This document shows positions 15,725-20,000 of a DNA stretch of 20,000 nucleotides, piece after piece. Within the stretch, counting starts at the first letter, position 1. Each line of letters opens with the position of its first letter. The DNA is from an uncultured virus (IMG/VR IMGVR_UViG_3300025759_000075) (Duplodnaviria > Heunggongvirae > Uroviricota > Caudoviricetes), in IMG/VR virus record IMGVR_UViG_3300025759_000075, positions 55,940 to 75,939 of that record. One strand, written 5' to 3'. Made by a program: the position numbers and the translations under genes. Below the pieces are notes generated by a model, which saw only the letters and a program-made list of their open reading frames with translations, did not search any database and was not told the DNA's origin.

Positions 15725-15864
15725 CACCTCGATCCTTTAAATATCCGCGCAAACAGTCCGGGCCTCTCCATGGGCAGGATGCGCGCGTTGTAGTGGTAGC
15801 CGCCGCCAAAGTTCTGGCGGGGTGCGAACCTGTGGCTGCGTTCGTATGTGTGCGAGCGGGTCAT
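15724..15864 (-). CDS. 46-aa basic microprotein, FGGG..Y..RILPME family copy 2 (absent from the ORF track)
   Basis: Sequence MTRSHTYERSHRFAPRQNFGGGYHYNARILPMERPGLFARIFKGSR; ATGA and TGATG coupling. Confidence 0.7.
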   Translation of the reverse strand: MTRSHTYERSHRFAPRQNFGGGYHYNARILPMERPGLFARIFKGSR

Positions 15865-16196
15865 GATGCGCCTCGGGCTTTGGCGATGGCGGCGCGGGCG
15901 CGTCGCTCACACTGTCCCTTGATCGTGAATCCGCCATGCTCGCGCAGGCATTCCTCCAGCGCTTCCAGTAATTCCGGTGCGGCTGCGATTAGGCGAGCGT
16001 TTGCCTCCCAAGGATCCGTCCCGGCTTCACGATGCTTGGCCAGCGTGATTGCATCCCTCGCTTCCGGATCAGAGGCTTGGCAGATGATGCCTCCACGGAA
16101 TTGCCCCTGCTCGGTGACAGGTGCGCGGACACAACCCCAATCGTCATACTCATCGGGTCGGTAAGCCCACGGTCCCGGCGTGTGGTTCGTTCCCAT
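15861..16196 (-). CDS. Conserved phage protein (HTPGPW...ANARLIAAAPELLEAL type), 111 aa
   Basis: Carries these widespread phage early-gene motifs. Confidence 0.8.
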   Translation of the reverse strand: MGTNHTPGPWAYRPDEYDDWGCVRAPVTEQGQFRGGIICQASDPEARDAITLAKHREAGTDPWEANARLIAAAPELLEALEECLREHGGFTIKGQCERRARAAIAKARGAS

Positions 16197-16197
16197 C

Positions 16198-16386
16198 TCA
16201 AACACTCCCTGCCATTGATTGTGCGTCGTCTATGGATATGCCCTGCGCTGCCAGCGATCGCACAAGTGCGGCAAAGGCGTCTGCATGTCGCTGCTCGACC
16301 TCGGGATATTCGCCTGTGCCGTCTGCTGCCATTTCCACGGCCAGGTTGGCGTCCTTCATTTCGAGATAGGCTTCCTTGATGGTCAT
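16198..16386 (-). CDS. Hypothetical protein, 62 aa
   Basis: AGGA SD and ATGA coupling. Confidence 0.65.
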   Translation of the reverse strand: MTIKEAYLEMKDANLAVEMAADGTGEYPEVEQRHADAFAALVRSLAAQGISIDDAQSMAGSV

Positions 16387-16754
16387 GGCTGCTTCCTTTT
16401 GGCGAGGATGGCGCGAAGGCCAGCCAATGCATTGGCTTGTTGATCGATGAGGCTGCGGAGATTGCCTTTGGCGTCCCGCATCTCTGCGTTGGACAGGGCG
16501 TCATACGCCGCAGGGAAAAGTCGTACCGCCTCCATCGCCTCATCCAGTTGAGCACGTAGGTCTGCTATCTCTGCCGTGAGGGGGCGGGCGGCTTCGGTGC
16601 GGTGGCGGGCAAAGGCTTTGACGATGGGAAAGTGGTCACCTTGTCCCAGCCGAATTTCTTTGGCCTGCCAGTCTTGGCCACCGGCTTCCAAAAGACGAAC
16701 TGCACCATTCCGATCAGCCTGCGTCACCTCCGGCACGTCCTTGGTCCTATCCAT
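16383..16754 (-). CDS. Hypothetical phage protein, 123 aa
   Basis: AGGAGA SD before ATG 16754; contains VTQADR...VKAFARHR and a coiled coil. Confidence 0.7.
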   Translation of the reverse strand: MDRTKDVPEVTQADRNGAVRLLEAGGQDWQAKEIRLGQGDHFPIVKAFARHRTEAARPLTAEIADLRAQLDEAMEAVRLFPAAYDALSNAEMRDAKGNLRSLIDQQANALAGLRAILAKRKQP

Positions 16755-17172
16755 GGGTTTCTCCTGTGGGGGTTTCGGTGTGTTCTTTTCGAATTTCGCG
16801 CTCACGGATAAAAATCCGGTCTAGGGTATCATGCGGAACCAGCTCAATCACCGCTCTACGGAAGGCGTCTGCATCTTGAATATCGTGCATCCGCTGATTG
16901 ATAAGCGTGAGACGCTTCTGGATGCTCTGATGCTTTAAACCCAACGCCTCGACAGACCGCTTATCCCCCTCAGCTTTCGCTCCCATCAATTCATTCTGAA
17001 TGCGGACAAGCTCGGTTACCAATTGCCGTCTCTCGCTAAGGCATTCATCCTTGGAATAGTTCGCAGCCGACTGAATTAGGTCATCTTCAGCGACGAAACC
17101 CGCCTGAGCCACGGGAGCAACAACAGTTCGGCGCGCCCTACGCTGAAGGCTGCGTGATGTGCCTTTATACAT
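16747..17172 (-). CDS. Hypothetical coiled-coil protein, 141 aa
   Basis: GGAGG SD before ATG 17172; helical and charged. Confidence 0.7.
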   Translation of the reverse strand: MYKGTSRSLQRRARRTVVAPVAQAGFVAEDDLIQSAANYSKDECLSERRQLVTELVRIQNELMGAKAEGDKRSVEALGLKHQSIQKRLTLINQRMHDIQDADAFRRAVIELVPHDTLDRIFIREREIRKEHTETPTGETHG

Positions 17173-17173
17173 A

Positions 17174-17473
17174 TCAGGCCTCCATCCAATTCCGCCTGCG
17201 CGGATCAACGCCGTGATAAGCACGCATAGCCGCAGCATGGTGTTCCGCGTCGAAAACGTCCTGACGTTCGATCATCTCCCGCAGTTCCGCGTCGTCTCCC
17301 GTGTCGATTGCAGCCTGTGCTTCATCCATCCACTGTTGGCGGGTGAAGAGAGGGTAATCGGCCTTGGGGAGGTCGCCTGAGAGGATGGCGTAAGCACGCT
17401 CGCGGTGCGGCAAGCTGCGGGCCGTCTGGTTGTAGGCGGTTAGGGCGCGGGTGAGCGGGGTTACGGCGTTCAT
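17174..17473 (-). CDS. Hypothetical protein, 99 aa
   Basis: GGAGG SD and ATGA coupling. Confidence 0.7.
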   Translation of the reverse strand: MNAVTPLTRALTAYNQTARSLPHRERAYAILSGDLPKADYPLFTRQQWMDEAQAAIDTGDDAELREMIERQDVFDAEHHAAAMRAYHGVDPRRRNWMEA

Positions 17474-17799
17474 GCCAGACCTCCGCGCGGGCATTCCCAG
17501 TCGCATTCTTCGGATCCTGCCTTTGAGCAGTAACCGTCCGGCATCATCCCACAGTCGAAGTTATTCCGGCAATGCTCCCACGTCTCGCCGCAGCAATCGC
17601 AAAGACCATCATCATCCTCTGGTCCGCAATGATATTCGGCAACCGCTTCAGCGTCCGGATAGCCACACTGGCGGCATTCGTCGGGAAGGTGAGCGCCATC
17701 TTCCAGCCACTCCGATCGAGCGATAAGACCGCCGCAGGAAGGGCACCAATGTCCATCCTCGTTGACAGACCAGCAAGCCACTTCGTCATCCAACGTCAT
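17470..17799 (-). CDS. Cys-rich acidic zinc-ribbon-like protein, 109 aa
   Basis: Motifs CPSCG, CRQCG, CDCC and CSKAGSEECDWEC; ATGA coupling. Confidence 0.7.
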   Translation of the reverse strand: MTLDDEVACWSVNEDGHWCPSCGGLIARSEWLEDGAHLPDECRQCGYPDAEAVAEYHCGPEDDDGLCDCCGETWEHCRNNFDCGMMPDGYCSKAGSEECDWECPRGGLA

Positions 17800-17990
17800 G
17801 CGCCTTGCTCCAGCGCGAGATCCGCGTCTTCTACCGCCTCGGCAGCCTTGCGAAGGTGATCCTGCGCGCAGATGGATGAGTCCAGAACTGCATCAATCAG
17901 TTCATAAGCCTGCTTGAGGCGGCTGTCGTACCAATCGGTGGATTGGCTCTGCACCCCACCCTCGGCGCGTTCGATCTTGGAGGGGGTCAT
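17796..17990 (-). CDS. Hypothetical protein, 64 aa
   Basis: GGAG SD and ATGA coupling at both ends. Confidence 0.6.
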   Translation of the reverse strand: MTPSKIERAEGGVQSQSTDWYDSRLKQAYELIDAVLDSSICAQDHLRKAAEAVEDADLALEQGA

Positions 17991-18208
17991 TTCCAGCTCT
18001 CCACCTGATCGCAAAGCGGGCAGAACCCATCAGCAGCGGGTGTTGAAAAAGCCTTCCGGTCCGCCTCTGTTGCGGTGCGCACCCTTGTGATGCGGTATAT
18101 CCCGCCAGCCAAGCGCGGCTCGCCATCTTTGTAGATGAATGCGGCGCAATGGTTCGGCAGGTTCGCGGAGAGGATCATTGCCTCATATCCGCTGTCTTGC
18201 TCAGCCAT
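17987..18208 (-). CDS. Hypothetical protein, 73 aa, first gene of the leftward operon
   Basis: GGAG SD before ATG 18208; C-terminal CPLC; no HTH evident. Confidence 0.6.
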   Translation of the reverse strand: MAEQDSGYEAMILSANLPNHCAAFIYKDGEPRLAGGIYRITRVRTATEADRKAFSTPAADGFCPLCDQVESWK

Positions 18209-18265
18209 CGGTGAAACTCCCACCCGACAGATCTGCGGGATGCAGTCCTTCGTCGGTGTGGGGCC

Positions 18266-18356
18266 TTTCTGTACGACTTTAGCACCCATGTCAACAACAG
18301 AATGTGCGATTATCGAAAATAAATGTCTTGCACGGGGTGCGATTATCATGCAGAAG
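18266..18356. promoter_or_regulatory. Divergent promoters with three operator-like sites
   Basis: Leftward TTGACA(18294-18289)-N17-CAGAAA and rightward TTGCAC(18328-18333)-N17-CAGAAG. Imperfect palindromes GTGCGA-N3-TCGCAC start at 18271, 18304 and 18337. Confidence 0.7.
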
Positions 18357-18362
18357 CTGGTT

Positions 18363-18566
18363 ATGGAAAATGCAAAATCATATGCGAGCCGGGTGATTGA
18401 TGCACTTGGGGGCACAACCAGCGTGGCGAAGGAAATAGATTCGCCAAAGTCTACAGTTCATAGCTGGAGGGTCAACGGTATTCCGTCTTCCAGGCTATCT
18501 CACCTCAAGCTGCTTGCGTGGTCAAAACGCATCGACTTGCCCGAACAGGATATTGGCAATGAGTGA
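18363..18566 (+). CDS. Cro-like HTH transcriptional regulator, 67 aa
   Basis: VIDALGGTTSVAKEI...STVHSWRVNGIP pattern; first gene after the rightward promoter; apparently leaderless. Confidence 0.8.
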   Translation: MENAKSYASRVIDALGGTTSVAKEIDSPKSTVHSWRVNGIPSSRLSHLKLLAWSKRIDLPEQDIGNE

Positions 18567-18807
18567 ATGGCAAGACATTTCGACTGCGCCGAAGGATGGG
18601 ACGTGGATACTGGTAGCGGGCACCGTTTGGGCCGGCGAAGTCGCCGGCATTGCAAGAAACGCAAAGCCTGAAGTGAGTATAGCGAACTACACAGGCGGCA
18701 ACAGCGATTATCCCGGCGATTGGTGGAATGAGGCTGGTGGAGATTATTACGCTTGCTGGTGCCAACCCACCCACTGGCAGCCCCTTCCCACCCCTCCCGA
18801 ACAGTAA
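18559..18807 (+). CDS. DUF551-like phage protein, 82 aa
   Basis: Sequence MSEWQDISTAPKDGTWILV...PTHWQPLPTPP. Confidence 0.8.
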   Translation: MSEWQDISTAPKDGTWILVAGTVWAGEVAGIARNAKPEVSIANYTGGNSDYPGDWWNEAGGDYYACWCQPTHWQPLPTPPEQ

Positions 18808-18814
18808 GGAACGC

Positions 18815-18958
18815 ATGATGGAATACTACGAACACAAGCCGGTTGAATACCCAAACCTACCCATCGGACTTCGCATCCTGTCATGGGCTATCGGCGCTGC
18901 AATAGGCACTGCGCTTTATCTGGTGGCCTATCACCTTGCACAGGTTCTTGCGGCATGA
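18815..18958 (+). CDS. Small membrane protein, 47 aa
   Basis: AAGGA SD; one hydrophobic segment. Confidence 0.6.
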   Translation: MMEYYEHKPVEYPNLPIGLRILSWAIGAAIGTALYLVAYHLAQVLAA

Positions 18959-19137
18959 CCCCCGACTACCGCGACCGCTACTTGCAATCCAGGATCCAGT
19001 TAGCCGACACCAAGGCTGCTCTTGGAAATGTGACCCACGCACTCCTACTCGCCTGCAAAGCTTTGGAGAGCGAGGGCCACGATGTCAGCCACCTTAGAAC
19101 AGCCGCAACAGAGACTGAAGGATTACGCTATGAATAG
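18955..19137 (+). CDS. Hypothetical protein, 60 aa
   Basis: ATGA coupling; begins MTPDYRDRYLQSRIQL. Confidence 0.6.
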   Translation: MTPDYRDRYLQSRIQLADTKAALGNVTHALLLACKALESEGHDVSHLRTAATETEGLRYE

Positions 19138-19687
19138 GCCAGTGGAGATAACCCCTGCTGTCCTGCGCGATCTCATATCATACGATCCGGAAACTGGCGA
19201 TATGGTATGGAAAGAAAGGCCCGCAAAGTTTTTCATCGGAGCGAAAAGGGACGGCGATTGGTCGGCTAAGCAGTGGAATAGTCGGCTAGCGGGTAAGCCA
19301 GCTTTGGCTTCGGTTGCCGCTACCGGTTGCCTCAACGGAAGCGTTTTTGCGCAACCCCTTCTGGCTCATCGCGTGGCGTGGGCCATCTACCATGGAGAAT
19401 GGCCTAAAAATGAAATTGACCACATCAATGGGAATAGGGCCGATAACCGAATTGTTAATCTACGAGATGTTCCGCGCTCTTTGAACGTCAAAAACTGCAA
19501 ACGCCGAAAAGACAACACTTCAGGTTTCGCAGGAGTGTACCGGTATAAGAACCGATACCTCGCCCATCTTCGCATTAACGGAAAACTGAAGATCGTTGCT
19601 CGGTGTGACACGCCAGAAGAAGCTTTCGCCATTCGCGAGCAGGAAAAACTCAAATATGGCTTTCACCCAAACCACGGAAGAGATTGA
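19130..19687 (+). CDS. HNH endonuclease with C-terminal AP2-like domain, 185 aa
   Basis: Motifs YDPETG, AHRVAWAIYHGEWP..IDHINGNRADNRIVNLR, NTSGFAGV and PEEA. Confidence 0.92.
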   Translation: MNRPVEITPAVLRDLISYDPETGDMVWKERPAKFFIGAKRDGDWSAKQWNSRLAGKPALASVAATGCLNGSVFAQPLLAHRVAWAIYHGEWPKNEIDHINGNRADNRIVNLRDVPRSLNVKNCKRRKDNTSGFAGVYRYKNRYLAHLRINGKLKIVARCDTPEEAFAIREQEKLKYGFHPNHGRD

Positions 19688-19689
19688 GA

Positions 19690-20000
19690 ATGAACGATAT
19701 TTTTCTTGATTGCGAGACACTGCCAAGCCAATCGGCTGAATACCGCGCAGAGGTCCGCGACAGCATTACCGCCCCGGCACAATACAAGAAGCCGGAAAGC
19801 ATTGCGCAGTGGATCGCAGACAACGGCGATGCGGCGGCTGACGAGATTGTAGCCAAGACTAGCTTTAATCCCGCGCACGGCCATATCTGCACGATTGGTT
19901 TTGCGATTGGTGATGAGCCAGTAGAAACTCTCAGTATTGGGTCAAATATTGATCTTGAGTGGGATATCCTACACGAGTTCTTCGAAGCACTCCCCACGCA
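19690..20000 (+). CDS. DEDD 3'-5' exonuclease (PolB exonuclease-like), 3' truncated
   Basis: Own translation: MNDIFLDCETLP (ExoI DxE)...APAQYKKPE...KTSFNPAHGHICTIGFA...E..IL.EFF; open to the window end. Confidence 0.8.
   Translation, partial: MNDIFLDCETLPSQSAEYRAEVRDSITAPAQYKKPESIAQWIADNGDAAADEIVAKTSFNPAHGHICTIGFAIGDEPVETLSIGSNIDLEWDILHEFFEALPT

Larger units (their letters stand above)
1..20000. mobile_element. Tailed phage/prophage genome segment (podovirus-like tail, lysis, early accessory and early/replication modules)
   Basis: Gene order is tail adaptor, nozzle, GNAT, ejection proteins, fibre/spike, lysis, then small early genes, Cro-like switch, HNH nucleases and an exonuclease. No host housekeeping genes, integrase or att site are visible. 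Confidence 0.95.

Noticed and set aside
18271..18351. Mini CRISPR-like array (33-bp periodicity)
   Set aside because: The units are short degenerate palindromes inside promoters, consistent with operators, and there are no cas genes.

Overview
The window is 20 kb of a tailed dsDNA phage or prophage with podovirus-like (P22/epsilon15/BPP-1-style) late-gene order. The host is probably an alphaproteobacterium (inference). Bases 1-13311 (+) carry a truncated tail adaptor, tail nozzle, GNAT protein, three putative DNA-ejection proteins with a lytic transglycosylase, a collar-domain tail fibre, a beta-helix tailspike and a lysis cassette (holin-like genes, DUF3380-type muramidase, separated i- and o-spanins). 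Bases 13308-18208 (-) are a tightly coupled operon of small accessory genes plus an HNH nuclease. Bases 18266-18356 are a divergent promoter pair with three operators, followed on + by a Cro-like gene, small genes, an HNH/AP2 nuclease and a truncated PolB-type 3'-5' exonuclease. Three unexplained signals stand out. (1) Two inverted ~72-nt elements inside ORFs at 13603-13675 and 14095-14166 share a five-helix fold with compensatory changes and GNA/TTT triloops, which suggests structured ssDNA and possibly a paired priming or origin signal. (2) An SD-hairpin-CCC.UUU.C signal at 4418-4453 would fuse an ejection protein to the transglycosylase by +1 frameshifting. (3) A remodelled tRNA-like element exactly fills the gap between the two spanin genes on the antisense strand. 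All calls were made by eye; no searches were run.
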